DNA of 64,000 nucleotides from an uncultured SAR86 cluster bacterium (GTDB taxonomy: Bacteria; Pseudomonadota; Gammaproteobacteria; Magnimaribacterales; AG-339-G14). Within the stretch, counting starts at the first letter, position 1, and every line of letters starts with the position of its first letter. Shown one piece after another: positions 19,357 to 29,736 of this stretch. The DNA lies in the NCBI GenBank assembly GCA_902522825.1, contig CABYXE010000002.1, forward strand, positions 32,530 through 96,529, in the 5' to 3' direction. The notes under the pieces are model-generated. The model did not search any database, was not told the DNA's origin, and was given only the letters and a program-made list of their open reading frames with translations. Made by a program: the position numbers and the translations under genes.

Positions 19357-20220
19357 TTATTTAGCAGAAGATTTTCCGTAGTCTTTGATTTCCTGCATGT
19401 CTTTGAACTCAGGATCTCTTTTCTCCATATTTGACATCATTGCTTCTGCCATATCTTCTTGAGGAAGCATAGCCCCACTCCAAAGTGCGTTATATTCTAA
19501 TCCCTCCGCTATAGTGTGATCTCTAGAAAAATTAAGAATTGCTTTTGTGCCATAGACAGCTAAAGGACTTTTGGAGGCTATTACAGCTGCCATTTCTTTC
19601 AACCCAGATACCATATCTTCTTGACTCTCATATACTTTATTAACTAAACCAGTTTCTAAAGCTTCTTCAGCAGGCATTCTTCTTCCTGTGTAAGCCAGTT
19701 CTCTTACTTTTCCTTCTGGAATAACGCGAGGTAATCTTTGAAGAGTACCAATATCCGCTGCCATTCCTATATTAACTTCTTGAATACAAAAGAAAGCATC
19801 TTTGCTAGCAAATCTCATATCAGCGGCTGTAACTAAATCTAATCCGCCACCAATACATCCTCCTTGAATTCCAGCAAGGACAGGTATTCTTAATTTTTCT
19901 AGTTTGGAAAGCATATCTTGAAGTTCCTTAGCAACTCTATAAAGATTTTCGCCAATTCTAGCTTTATCCGGCACATTAGTTTTCTTTTCCGCATCGTTAC
20001 CAAGAGTTCCAAAATTCTTAAGATCCATGCCAGCACAAAAATGTTTACCAGTTGAAGTAAGAATCAAGACTCTGAGAGAAGCATCTCTATCAACTTCGTC
20101 TAAAATTTTTGGTAATTCATACCAAAAATTCATTGTCATTTTATTTAAATCCTCTCCTTTATTTAAAACAAGATGGCCAACACCATCTTCAGACGTGTAT
20201 TTAAAGCTTTCGTAATTCAT
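19357..20220 (-). CDS. Crotonase family enoyl-CoA hydratase/isomerase (dienoyl-CoA isomerase-like)
   Basis: FCAGMDL, GGCIGGGLDL, QEVNIGMAADIGTLQRLP, SKSPLAV. Confidence 0.9.
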   Translation of the reverse strand: MNYESFKYTSEDGVGHLVLNKGEDLNKMTMNFWYELPKILDEVDRDASLRVLILTSTGKHFCAGMDLKNFGTLGNDAEKKTNVPDKARIGENLYRVAKELQDMLSKLEKLRIPVLAGIQGGCIGGGLDLVTAADMRFASKDAFFCIQEVNIGMAADIGTLQRLPRVIPEGKVRELAYTGRRMPAEEALETGLVNKVYESQEDMVSGLKEMAAVIASKSPLAVYGTKAILNFSRDHTIAEGLEYNALWSGAMLPQEDMAEAMMSNMEKRDPEFKDMQEIKDYGKSSAK

Positions 20221-20244
20221 ATCTTCTCTCCATAAAAATTTTCT

Positions 20245-20415
20245 TTACTCTTTTAAATCTTGAACCAGGCTGTCAGCAACTTCTTCAAGTTCTTCAATTA
20301 AGTCATAAGAACTATGATAGGGCATAACTACCTTTCGACTTTTCTTACTTAATCTTTTTAAACCGTTAGAGATTTCTTCTGCTTTTTCTAACAATTCTTT
20401 ATTATCTTCGCTCAT
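20245..20415 (-). CDS. Small hypothetical protein
   Basis: 56 aa helical ORF from ATG 20415 filling the gap upstream of the crotonase gene. Confidence 0.6.
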   Translation of the reverse strand: MSEDNKELLEKAEEISNGLKRLSKKSRKVVMPYHSSYDLIEELEEVADSLVQDLKE

Positions 20416-20477
20416 AATTAATGATTTAAGAGATATATTGTAAATCAAAACCTATAATTTAAAAGATTTCATTGAAA

Positions 20478-21269
20478 ATGAAGACTAAAGATTTAATTAA
20501 ACCTATTCAATTAATTATGGAAGGAGCTTCTAAGTTAATTACTGAAATTTATGATAATCAAGAAGATATAGATTTTCAAAAAAAATATGATGAATCTCCT
20601 CTGACGCTTGCAGATTTGAGATCAAACGACTTCATTATTGGTAATTTGAATAATTTATATCCTACGATTCCAGTTGTTTCTGAAGAAGGCAAGGAAAAGC
20701 AGATTAAAGAAAGCCTTTTTTGGTTAATAGATCCTTTAGATGGAACAAAAGAGTTTATTGATAAAAGTGAGGAATTCACAATCAACATAGCTTTAGTAGA
20801 AGATGGAGAACCAATTTTTGGTGCAATTTATATCCCTACTAAAAAGAGTTTTTTTGTCGGTGGAATAGATTTCAACGCATTTAGTGAAAAAAGCGGCGAA
20901 AAGAAGGAGCTTAAAACTTCATTTAGCCAAGAAAACTGTCGAATATCAGTTAGTAAAAGACATCAAAGCACTAAGGAACAAGAATTTTTTAACCGTTTGA
21001 AAAGGAAATTTAAAAAAGTGGAACTTTTCCCAGCCGGAAGTTCTCTAAAGTTTTGTTTAATAGCTTCTGGCGATTGTCACATTTACCCACGCTTTGGAGA
21101 TGTTGGCCAATGGGATATTGCAGCAGGGCATGCCATTTTAAAGGCTTCAGGAGGGAATATATTAGATTTAACTATGAATACAATAAAGTACAATTCTGAT
21201 AGAAATATGAAAATAAATGGATTTTATGCGTTATCAAATGAAGCCTTTTATAGTAAAATTATTCAATAA
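20478..21269 (+). CDS. cysQ: 3'(2'),5'-bisphosphate nucleotidase
   Basis: SPLTLAD, SEE, WLIDPLDGTKEF, GSSLKFC, WDIAAGHAIL. Confidence 0.92.
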   Translation: MKTKDLIKPIQLIMEGASKLITEIYDNQEDIDFQKKYDESPLTLADLRSNDFIIGNLNNLYPTIPVVSEEGKEKQIKESLFWLIDPLDGTKEFIDKSEEFTINIALVEDGEPIFGAIYIPTKKSFFVGGIDFNAFSEKSGEKKELKTSFSQENCRISVSKRHQSTKEQEFFNRLKRKFKKVELFPAGSSLKFCLIASGDCHIYPRFGDVGQWDIAAGHAILKASGGNILDLTMNTIKYNSDRNMKINGFYALSNEAFYSKIIQ

Positions 21270-21342
21270 AATCAATATTTTAATAAAAATAATATCTTTT
21301 TATATGCAAATAACGCAATTTTAGGTATAAAATTCGCTTTAT

Positions 21343-22194
21343 ATGGGTAAAGAACTACAGCCAATGGATATTTCGGCGCCAGGTCAAAATCTGGAGTCTT
21401 ACTTATCCTCGATTCAAAATATAGCTATTTTAACTCCTGAGCAGGAAAAAAAATTAGCTGAAGACCTTTATTATAAAGACGATCTTGAAGCAGCCCGTCA
21501 ATTGGTTATGGCTCACCTTAGATTTGTAGTTCATATTGCCAGAGGTTACGCAGGATATGGATTACCTCAAGCAGACTTAATTCAAGAAGGAAATGTAGGT
21601 CTTATGAAAGCAGTTAAAAAGTTCAATCCAGAAGTTGGAGTTAGACTTATTTCTTTTGCCGTGCACTGGATCAAATCTGAAATGCATGAATATATTATTA
21701 AAAATTGGAAAATTGTCAAAGTTGCTACAACCAAAGCTCAAAGAAAGCTTTTTTTTAATTTGAGAAGTCAAAAAAAGGAATTAAATTGGTTAAACCCTGA
21801 AGAAATTAAAGTTATTTCCGAAGAATTAGGTGTTGATGAAAAATCAGTCAAAGAAATGGAATCTAGACTATCTTCTTCTGATATGTCTTTTGATCCCCCG
21901 TCTGAAGCAAGCGACGAACAAGCTTCTTTTAGTCCATCTGGGTTTTTAGCTGATGAAGCTTGTAATCCTGCTGATTTAGTCGAAAAAGAAGATTCAGATG
22001 ACCATAGTTACGAACTCCTTCATAAAGCTATGGAGGAACTGGATCCTCGAAGCAAAGAGATTTTAGTTGATAGATGGCTAGAAGACCAAAAACTTACTCT
22101 GCATGAATTAGCAGATAAGTATGGCGTTAGCGCAGAAAGAATAAGACAGATAGAAAAAGCTGCAATGGAAAAGGTTCGTAGCTTTATATCTTAA
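21343..22194 (+). CDS. rpoH: RNA polymerase sigma-32 factor
   Basis: DLIQEGNVGLMKAV, RpoH box QRKLFFNLR, region 4 YGVSAERIRQIE. Confidence 0.97.
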   Translation: MGKELQPMDISAPGQNLESYLSSIQNIAILTPEQEKKLAEDLYYKDDLEAARQLVMAHLRFVVHIARGYAGYGLPQADLIQEGNVGLMKAVKKFNPEVGVRLISFAVHWIKSEMHEYIIKNWKIVKVATTKAQRKLFFNLRSQKKELNWLNPEEIKVISEELGVDEKSVKEMESRLSSSDMSFDPPSEASDEQASFSPSGFLADEACNPADLVEKEDSDDHSYELLHKAMEELDPRSKEILVDRWLEDQKLTLHELADKYGVSAERIRQIEKAAMEKVRSFIS

Positions 22195-22210
22195 ACGAGC
22201 AAATATTAAA

Positions 22211-22420
22211 ATGGCCAAAATTAAGATATTTCTTAATGGTGAATCACGTAAAATCCCAGAAAATCTTTCAGTAAATGAGCTTTTTTCCTTTCTAGAATTA
22301 CCCAGCAAACACTGCGCAGTTGAGGTTAATAAAGAAATAATTTTTAAAGCCAACTGGGATACAAAAATACTTGATAAAGAAGATAAGGTTGAAATTGTTA
22401 GAGCAATAGGAGGAGGTTAA
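22211..22420 (+). CDS. thiS: Sulfur carrier protein ThiS
   Basis: NGE, AVEVN, C-terminal IGGG; adjacent to thiG. Confidence 0.93.
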   Translation: MAKIKIFLNGESRKIPENLSVNELFSFLELPSKHCAVEVNKEIIFKANWDTKILDKEDKVEIVRAIGGG

Positions 22421-22421
22421 T

Positions 22422-23207
22422 TTGTCAAAAGATCTCTTGAAAATTGCAGGGAAAGAATATAACTCTCGTTTGTTAGTAGGTACTGGAAAATATTTAAACG
22501 AGGATCAGGCTTTTAAATCTATTCGAGCATCAAAAAGCGAAATCGTAACTGTAGCCATAAGAAGAGTAGAGTTAGATTTAAATAAAAGGTCTGACTCCAT
22601 CTTAAATTACATCACTCCGGAGCAATTTACTATTTTACCAAATACAGCTGGTTGTTTTAGCGCCAAGGAAGCTGTAAGAATTGCATGTTTAGGAAGAGAA
22701 TTATTAAACGGAGAAAGTTTGGTCAAACTTGAAGTGCTAAAAGACAAAGAAACTCTTCTACCATTAATGGATGAGACCGTCTTAGCTGCAAAAGAGCTAG
22801 TAGATCTTGGGTTTCAGGTTATGGTTTACTGTACAGACGAGATAGATTACGCGGAAAATTTAGAGGATATAGGATGCGTCGCAATAATGCCTTTAGCCTC
22901 GCCAATAGGATCGGGCCAAGGAATTACTAATCCAGATGCTATTTTAGAAATAGTAGATAAAATTACCTGCCCGGTGATTATCGATGCAGGTATTGGTACG
23001 GCATCGGAGGTTGCAGTTGCGATGGAAATGGGTTGCGATGGAGTTTTACTTAATACCGCAATAGCAAAATCAGAGAACCCTGTATTAATGGCTGAAGCAA
23101 TGAAAGATGCAGTATTAAGCGGAAGAAAGTGTTTCTTAGCTGGCAGAATGCCTAAAAGAATAAAAGCTAGCGCAAGTTCACCATTGAAAGGAATAGTTGA
23201 TTCTTGA
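22422..23207 (+). CDS. thiG: Thiazole synthase
   Basis: SRLLVGTGKY, LPNTAGC, KLEV, MPLASPIGSGQG, DAGIG. Confidence 0.96.
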   Translation: MSKDLLKIAGKEYNSRLLVGTGKYLNEDQAFKSIRASKSEIVTVAIRRVELDLNKRSDSILNYITPEQFTILPNTAGCFSAKEAVRIACLGRELLNGESLVKLEVLKDKETLLPLMDETVLAAKELVDLGFQVMVYCTDEIDYAENLEDIGCVAIMPLASPIGSGQGITNPDAILEIVDKITCPVIIDAGIGTASEVAVAMEMGCDGVLLNTAIAKSENPVLMAEAMKDAVLSGRKCFLAGRMPKRIKASASSPLKGIVDS

Positions 23208-23863
23208 AAAATTCTATTAAAAGCTATTCAAAAGCTAGATCAAGATTCTCAATTAAAAATAAAAAAATTCTTTCGTCGGCCGACGAAAACATTTTTTTTA
23301 GAGAAGATAATTTTAGAGATTTTAAGAACTTATTCGATAATCCATCTAAATTGAATTTAGAAATCGGTTTTGGAGACGGGAAGTATTTAGTTAGACAAGC
23401 TTTAAGTAATCCGAAAGAGGTATTTATTGGTATAGAAGTTTTTGAATCAGGATTAGCTAACACTTATAAAAGAATTTTAGAACTTGAACTTTTTAATATA
23501 AGACTTATTCAAGGCGATATAAAAGAAATTCTTCTGAAAAATAAATCTCAAAATCTTTTTGATCTTATTTCTATCTTTTTCCCTGATCCTTGGCCAAAAT
23601 CTAAACACAAAAAAAGACGTCTACTTAAAAGTAATTTTCTTATTAATTTGGAATCCTTATTAAAAAAACAGGGACAAATAATAATAAAAACAGATTGGCA
23701 AGATTACGCTGAAGAAATTACAGACACCCTAGATAATCTAAACTTTAAATATACTCAAAGCTCAAGAAGAAGCGATACAAAAGAGTTCATTACTAAATAC
23801 GAAGAAATTGCTTTAAAAGCTAAAAGAGAAATAATTAAATTTGAAATTCATTCAATAAATTAA
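23204..23863 (+). CDS. trmB: tRNA (guanine-N7)-methyltransferase
   Basis: LEIGFGDG, FPDPWPKSKHKKRRL, KTDW, TKYE. Confidence 0.93.
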   Translation: MKNSIKSYSKARSRFSIKNKKILSSADENIFFREDNFRDFKNLFDNPSKLNLEIGFGDGKYLVRQALSNPKEVFIGIEVFESGLANTYKRILELELFNIRLIQGDIKEILLKNKSQNLFDLISIFFPDPWPKSKHKKRRLLKSNFLINLESLLKKQGQIIIKTDWQDYAEEITDTLDNLNFKYTQSSRRSDTKEFITKYEEIALKAKREIIKFEIHSIN

Positions 23864-24422
23864 TCATGTTTAAAGTCGATGCAGTTCTGTGACTTATTCG
23901 CATTCTTTCTTCTTTATCAACCTCAGCCAAAGTAAATTGAGAATTTTTTATTTGAAAGATTGGATCATATCCAAAACCGCCATCTCCTATAGGAGACTTA
24001 ATTATTTTTCCATGAAGTTCTCCATAAGAAAAAAAAGGATTTTTTAATTTTGGATGGAGAAAAGACAAAACTGAAATAAATTTAGCTGATCTATTTTTTT
24101 TTAAATCAAGAGATTCTAATAATTTATTATTATTTAATAAATCATTTCCTTTTTCTCCAGCATATCTGGCTGAATAAATTCCTGGAGCTCCATCTAAAGC
24201 CTCTACCTCTAATCCTGAATCATCTCCTAAAGAGGGCAGTCCTGAAATATCTGATGCAAATTTAGCTTTAATAAAAGCATTTTCTTCATAACTAATTCCG
24301 GTCTCTTCTATGTCATCATCGCTAAATTCAGAAATAGGTATCAATTCAAAATTAGTATTCTTAAATAAATAATTAAACTCTTTTAATTTACCTAAGTTTC
24401 TTGAGGCTAAAACTATTTTCAA
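23835..24422 (-). CDS. rdgB: dITP/XTP pyrophosphatase
   Basis: ASRNLGKLKE, ENAFIKA, DDSGL, PGIYSARY, GFGYDPIF, SHR. Confidence 0.95.
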   Translation of the reverse strand: MKIVLASRNLGKLKEFNYLFKNTNFELIPISEFSDDDIEETGISYEENAFIKAKFASDISGLPSLGDDSGLEVEALDGAPGIYSARYAGEKGNDLLNNNKLLESLDLKKNRSAKFISVLSFLHPKLKNPFFSYGELHGKIIKSPIGDGGFGYDPIFQIKNSQFTLAEVDKEERMRISHRTASTLNMINLLNEFQI

Positions 24423-25006
24423 GATTTTTTTTGAAGTTTATAAACTGCTACTTCAGCGAATAAGTTAGGAAGTAACTTGGAGAAAAAAGTACTTTTACCA
24501 GATGCTTTAATTAATTTTTTTTCTGATATCGTAATATTTAAATCCATGCATAAAGTTTCAAAATCTTTTAAAGAACACAAATGAAGGTTAGGAGTTGAAT
24601 ACCATGAGTGAGGCAAAGCAGAAGAAATGGGCATTTTGCCAGTTATAAAAAGTTGAAACCTACATCTTAAATTTGCAAAATTGGGAATACTGACAATACA
24701 TTCTTTACCGATTCTGATGATTTCTGTCAAAGCTAGATCAGGTCTTTTTAGAGCCTGAATAGACTGGCTCATTAAAACTAAATCAAAAGATTGATCTTTG
24801 AAGTTAGATAATCCTTGATCAATATCCTGCTCAATTACATTCAATCCTTTTGCCAAACTAAGTTGAATATTTTCTTCGGAGATATCAACCCCAAGGCCAT
24901 TAACATTTAGCTCTTTTTTTAAGTCAAGAAGCATAGACCCGTCTCCACATCCCAGATCAAGAATATGAGAATTTATTGGAACCCACTTATTTATAATTTT
25001 AAACAT
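24419..25006 (-). CDS. metW: Methionine biosynthesis protein MetW
   Basis: LDLGCGDG, WYSTPNLHLCS; immediately downstream of metX. Confidence 0.93.
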   Translation of the reverse strand: MFKIINKWVPINSHILDLGCGDGSMLLDLKKELNVNGLGVDISEENIQLSLAKGLNVIEQDIDQGLSNFKDQSFDLVLMSQSIQALKRPDLALTEIIRIGKECIVSIPNFANLRCRFQLFITGKMPISSALPHSWYSTPNLHLCSLKDFETLCMDLNITISEKKLIKASGKSTFFSKLLPNLFAEVAVYKLQKKS

Positions 25007-26105
25007 CAGAATTCAAAAAAGTTTTTAAAGTATTTACGTATCTTTCATCTGGAAATAAGAAGCCATCGTGGCCCTGAAAAGATTCAATATTGACATAACT
25101 AACAGGTTTTTTTGCCGCAACTAAGGAGTTAACGATTTCTTTAGAACGTTTTGGAGAAAATCTCCAATCTGAAGAAAAAGAAATAATAAGAAAATTAGAT
25201 TCTGTTTGCTTAAGACTAGCAATTAAATCACCTTCAAAGTATTTTGCAGGGTCAAAGTAATCTAACGCTTTTGTCATGAGCAAATATGTATGTGCATCAA
25301 ATTTGTCTGAAAAGTTATCTGCTTGGTATCTTAGGTAGCTTTCAACTTCAAATTCTACGTCGTAACCATATTCAATCTTTTCTTTTTTTAAATCTCGATC
25401 AAATTTTTCCTTCATAACTTCTTCAGAAAGATAAGTGATGTGTCCTAACATTCTGGCTAATCCTAAACCTCGTTTAGGGTGATGAGTGCCTTTTTCAAAA
25501 TCAGGATCATTAACAATAGCCTGTCTTGCGACTTCATTGAAAGCTATGTTTTGAGCGCTCAGTTTAGGCGCTGCAGCGATGACAATAGATTTTTTTACTA
25601 AATCAGGATAATCAATTGCCCACTGAAGAGCTTGCATTCCTCCTAAACTTCCACCAGCTACAGCAAGCCAATTATCGATTTCTAAATAAGACCTCAATAA
25701 ATTTTGACTATTAACCCAATCCTTAACAGTAACTAGGGGAAAATTTTTCCCATATTTTTCATTATTTGATGGATCAATGCTCGAGGGCCCTGTAGAGCCA
25801 TGACACCCACCTAAATTATTTAGAGAGACAATGAAATATTTTTCTGAATCGAATGCTTTTCCTGGACCAATTAACTCATTCCACCATCCAGGTCTTTTAT
25901 CATTTTCATCGCTTAGACCTGCAGCATGATGATTTCCGCTTAAAGCATGACAAATAAGAATTGCGTTATCTTTTTTTTCAGAAAGCTTTCCGTAAGTTTC
26001 ATAAATAAGTTCAAATCCTTGCAAAGTTTTTCCAGATTCTAGAGGAAAATTTTCTTTATAAGAAAAAATTTCTGGTTTTATTACGCCAAGTTCTAGATTA
26101 CTCAT
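24999..26105 (-). CDS. metX: Homoserine O-acyltransferase
   Basis: ICHALSG, GGSLGGMQA, ARMLGHITY, SSDWRF, GHDGFL. Confidence 0.95.
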   Translation of the reverse strand: MSNLELGVIKPEIFSYKENFPLESGKTLQGFELIYETYGKLSEKKDNAILICHALSGNHHAAGLSDENDKRPGWWNELIGPGKAFDSEKYFIVSLNNLGGCHGSTGPSSIDPSNNEKYGKNFPLVTVKDWVNSQNLLRSYLEIDNWLAVAGGSLGGMQALQWAIDYPDLVKKSIVIAAAPKLSAQNIAFNEVARQAIVNDPDFEKGTHHPKRGLGLARMLGHITYLSEEVMKEKFDRDLKKEKIEYGYDVEFEVESYLRYQADNFSDKFDAHTYLLMTKALDYFDPAKYFEGDLIASLKQTESNFLIISFSSDWRFSPKRSKEIVNSLVAAKKPVSYVNIESFQGHDGFLFPDERYVNTLKTFLNSDV

Positions 26106-26660
26106 TTAAAACAACGATGGAAGATTCATACTAAATCTTAAATTATCTAAAATTCTGTCAATTTGAATTAACAAGAAGAAAACAATAATGGGTGAAAAAT
26201 CCATTCCTCCAAACAAAGTAAGTTTTTGAAAAGGTTTCAAAAGAGGCTGAGTAATATTATGACAAATGCTGAGAAAGGGATTATTGGAAGTTGGCGCAAC
26301 CCAACTTCCAATGATAGAAATAAAAAGTGAAAATCTTAAAATCTGAGAAATTAAGAAAAACAAACTTAAAACTGACCAAGAAACTGCATCAACGATATTG
26401 AAATCTATTTCTTTACTTGAACTAAACAAGTAAAAGGAAATAAATTTAAGATCTACAATCCAAAAAATGCAAGCTAGATCTATTCCAAAAAGTATAGGTA
26501 AAAATATTCTAAACGGTCTGCAGAAAGGGTCTAAGGTCGAAAAAGATATTTTTACGATTGGGTTAAGAAAACTTATCTCAAAAAATCTAAACAACAAATA
26601 AAATGAAAAAATTATTGCTAATAAATTTGTTAAAACAGAAGAAGCATAAAGAGGATCCAT
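26106..26660 (-). CDS. yggT: YggT family membrane protein
   Basis: Two YGGT repeats (NPI...DP...R; NPF...QPLLKP...MDFSPI); conserved position after proC. Confidence 0.85.
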   Translation of the reverse strand: MDPLYASSVLTNLLAIIFSFYLLFRFFEISFLNPIVKISFSTLDPFCRPFRIFLPILFGIDLACIFWIVDLKFISFYLFSSSKEIDFNIVDAVSWSVLSLFFLISQILRFSLFISIIGSWVAPTSNNPFLSICHNITQPLLKPFQKLTLFGGMDFSPIIVFFLLIQIDRILDNLRFSMNLPSLF

Positions 26661-26661
26661 T

Positions 26662-27447
26662 TTAATCTCCTAATGCTTTTGATTTAAGAATTGCTTCGTT
26701 TATAGCTTCTTTCCATACTTTTTCAATTCCCTCAGAGTTAATTTTATTTAAAGCTGCTTCAGTTACTCCGCCTTTTGAAGCCACCATATCCATAATATTT
26801 TCAAATTTGTTTTCTCCATCAGAAGACTCATGAATGTGAGAGGTGCCTATTAAGATGTCTCTTATCCAAGGTTCGGGGTTTAAAAATCCATGTTCTTTTG
26901 CAATCTTACTAAGAGTGTTGGATAAATGACTTATAAAAGCAGGTCCAGCTCCAAATATGGAAGTGAAGGCATCGAATTGTTCTTCTTCAATTTTCAAGCA
27001 CCTACCCAGATTATTTAAAATATCTAAAACTTTATTTTCTTTAAAATCCAACTCAGTGAACAGGGCGATTGGACTTGAACCGCTGCTAATTCCCAACGTC
27101 GGCATCGCCCTTATAATATTTTCATATCCATTTAAAAGAGCTTTCAAGCTCTCTAATTTAAAACCCGCTATAAAAGAAATTACTAATTGATTAGATAAAC
27201 TATTTTTTAATTGATTTGTAATTTCTTCAACTTTATTAGGTTTAACTGTTAAAAATATTGTTTCTGATTTTTCTGCCAATTCATTCAAGTCAGTGTATTC
27301 AACGCCTAGGTCGATTATTCTTTGATCCTCGAAAGGATCATGCACTAACAAGGAATATTCATCTGCTAATTTTTCAATTGCATGTCGTCCTAAATTTCCG
27401 GCTCCTATAAAGCCTACAGTTTTATTGTTTTTAATGCCTTTCACCAA
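26662..27447 (-). CDS. proC: Pyrroline-5-carboxylate reductase
   Basis: GFIGAGNLG, LTVKP, IRAMP, GAGPAF, VASKGGVTE. Confidence 0.92.
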   Translation of the reverse strand: MVKGIKNNKTVGFIGAGNLGRHAIEKLADEYSLLVHDPFEDQRIIDLGVEYTDLNELAEKSETIFLTVKPNKVEEITNQLKNSLSNQLVISFIAGFKLESLKALLNGYENIIRAMPTLGISSGSSPIALFTELDFKENKVLDILNNLGRCLKIEEEQFDAFTSIFGAGPAFISHLSNTLSKIAKEHGFLNPEPWIRDILIGTSHIHESSDGENKFENIMDMVASKGGVTEAALNKINSEGIEKVWKEAINEAILKSKALGD

Positions 27448-28081
27448 ATATTCCTGTTCCTATTCTAATCATTGTAGAGCCTTTTTTAATGGCTAATTCG
27501 AAATCATTACTCATTCCCATTGAAACCTCATTTGCATGAGGAAATTTATCTTTTAGCCTCATTGAAGCTTTTACAGTTTTTTCAAAAGAAATTTCAGTTA
27601 GCTTTTTATCTGATTCGTTTTTAGGAATAACCATAACTCCTTTTAATTTCAAATTTGGCAAAGAACTAATCCCTTCCGCCAAACTTAAGATTTCTTCCTC
27701 ATTAATACCACTTTTGCTTTCCTCTTTATCTATATTTATTTGAATCAGTACATTTATAGTCTTATTCAGAGGGCAATTATCATTCAAAAGTTTTGCAATT
27801 TTAAATCTATCAACTGTATGCACCCATTCAAAATTTTTAGCAATTTCTTTACATTTGTTTGACTGAATTTTTCCAATAAAGTGCCAATTTATTTTTAAAT
27901 GTTTTAGAAAAGATATTTTTTCTATCGCTTCTTGTAGGTAATTTTCTCCAAAATTTTCTACTCCACTTTCGAAGGCTTCCTTTATTAATTCAGCTGACTT
28001 TTTTTTACTGACAGCGATAATAGTTGCATTTCGTTTAATCTTTTCATTAATGAAAGAAATATTTTCTTTAATATTTTCCAC
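27431..28081 (-). CDS. yggS: PLP homeostasis protein YggS
   Basis: IAVSK, FGENYLQE, WHFIGKIQSNK, SMGMSND, IRIGTGIFG. Confidence 0.95.
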   Translation of the reverse strand: MENIKENISFINEKIKRNATIIAVSKKKSAELIKEAFESGVENFGENYLQEAIEKISFLKHLKINWHFIGKIQSNKCKEIAKNFEWVHTVDRFKIAKLLNDNCPLNKTINVLIQINIDKEESKSGINEEEILSLAEGISSLPNLKLKGVMVIPKNESDKKLTEISFEKTVKASMRLKDKFPHANEVSMGMSNDFELAIKKGSTMIRIGTGIFGERH

Positions 28082-29736
28082 TACATTTTCTCAGGAGTTT
28101 CTATATCCAATAACTCCATTCCACTTTTAATTGTCCTTTTGATTCCAATTAGTAATGCAAATTTTGCATTTCTTGATATTTGGTCGTCACTGATGATTGT
28201 TTCAGAATTATAGTAAGAGTGAAACTTTGAAGCTAAATCTCTTAAATAAAAACATATAGGATGAACTTCATAATTTTTGTAGCATTGTTCAATAATTGAT
28301 TTATAGGCTTCTAAGAATGAAATGATTTCTAATTCTGATTTATTTTTTAATTTTTCGAGATTATTAATTCCTTCATCTAGATCAAAAGTCATTTCTCTCT
28401 TTTTTAGTTCTTTTTCTAAGCTGCAAATTCTTGCATATGCATACTGGATATAATAAACAGGATTATTTTTGTCCTGGCTTATAGCTAGATCCATATCAAA
28501 TTCCAAAGCTTGATCACTTTTTTTGGCCAAGTAAAAAAATCTTGCTGCATTTACACCGACCTCATTAATAAGTTGATTCAGGGTTATAAACTCACCGGAT
28601 CTGGTAGACATAGATGTTTTTTTTCCTTTTCTTATAAGGGACACAAATTGTATAAATATAGTTTTAAGACTTTCAGGACTAAGTTTTAATGCTTTTAAAG
28701 ATGCCTTGACCCTAGGAAGATAACCATGGTGATCAGACCCCCATATATTAATAAGCTCATCATAGCCTCTTAAAAATTTATCTTTATGATATGCAATGTC
28801 AGATAGGAAATAAGTCTCTTGATTATCTGACCTAATTAAAACACGGTCTTTATCATCTCCAAATTTGGTTGATCTAAACCACAGGGCTCCTGCTTCGTTG
28901 AAAGAATATTCACTTTTTAAGTCTTCTAGAACTTCATTTACTTTAGTTTTTTTAGTTTTCGAAGCATCATATAAAAAACTTTCTAAATAAAAAGAGTCAA
29001 ATTTTACTTGAAAGTTTTCCAAGGTTGCTTTGATATCCTTCATCATTTCTTCGACTATATAATTTATAAAATTACTTTCATTTTCTATCTTTAAATATAA
29101 ATCTTTTTTTTGAGTTTTAATTTTTAATGCTAATTCATCAATATATTCACCTTTATAAAAATTAGTATCGTCAATTTCCGATGTGTCTAGATCAAATTTT
29201 TCTAAATATTTTTTATGAACACTTTCAGCTAAGATTTTTGTTTGTAATCCTTGATCATTTACATAATATTCTTCGGTAACTTTGTTTCCACATTTTCTTA
29301 ATAAATTACTTAATGCTGAGCCAAAAGCTGCTCCTCTTCCATGACCTATATGAAGAGGACCAGTTGGATTTGAAGAAACATACTCAATTAAAATATTTTT
29401 TTTATTACTCTCTTCAAAAGGAAAATATGATTTTTTATCTTTTAATAAATTTTTTAAATAGTTTAAATTTCCTTGCTTAGTCAAAAAGAAATTTAAGAAA
29501 CCCGGACCAGCTATTTCAACTTTTTCTAACCAGTCTTCGCTCGGTATTAATTTAATTATTTTTTGCGCTAATTCCTTAGGGTTTTCTTTTTTTTTCTTAG
29601 CCACAATCATTGCTATATTGGAGCTCCAATCTCCATGCATTTCAGATTTTGTCTTAACTATCTCAATAGAGAAATCATTGTCTTTATATAAAAGGTCTAT
29701 TGCTTTTATTAGAAGAGCATTGATCTTAGCTTTCAT
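28081..29736 (-). CDS. argS: Arginine--tRNA ligase
   Basis: AGPGFLN, EYVSSNPTGPLHIGH, WGSDHHGY, MSTRSG, NPVYYIQYAYARI, terminal PEKM. Confidence 0.97.
   Translation of the reverse strand: MKAKINALLIKAIDLLYKDNDFSIEIVKTKSEMHGDWSSNIAMIVAKKKKENPKELAQKIIKLIPSEDWLEKVEIAGPGFLNFFLTKQGNLNYLKNLLKDKKSYFPFEESNKKNILIEYVSSNPTGPLHIGHGRGAAFGSALSNLLRKCGNKVTEEYYVNDQGLQTKILAESVHKKYLEKFDLDTSEIDDTNFYKGEYIDELALKIKTQKKDLYLKIENESNFINYIVEEMMKDIKATLENFQVKFDSFYLESFLYDASKTKKTKVNEVLEDLKSEYSFNEAGALWFRSTKFGDDKDRVLIRSDNQETYFLSDIAYHKDKFLRGYDELINIWGSDHHGYLPRVKASLKALKLSPESLKTIFIQFVSLIRKGKKTSMSTRSGEFITLNQLINEVGVNAARFFYLAKKSDQALEFDMDLAISQDKNNPVYYIQYAYARICSLEKELKKREMTFDLDEGINNLEKLKNKSELEIISFLEAYKSIIEQCYKNYEVHPICFYLRDLASKFHSYYNSETIISDDQISRNAKFALLIGIKRTIKSGMELLDIETPEKM

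Noticed and set aside
22195-26110. TPP riboswitch before thiS or SAM riboswitch before metX
   Set aside because: Spacers are 16 bp and 0 bp; no room for an aptamer.
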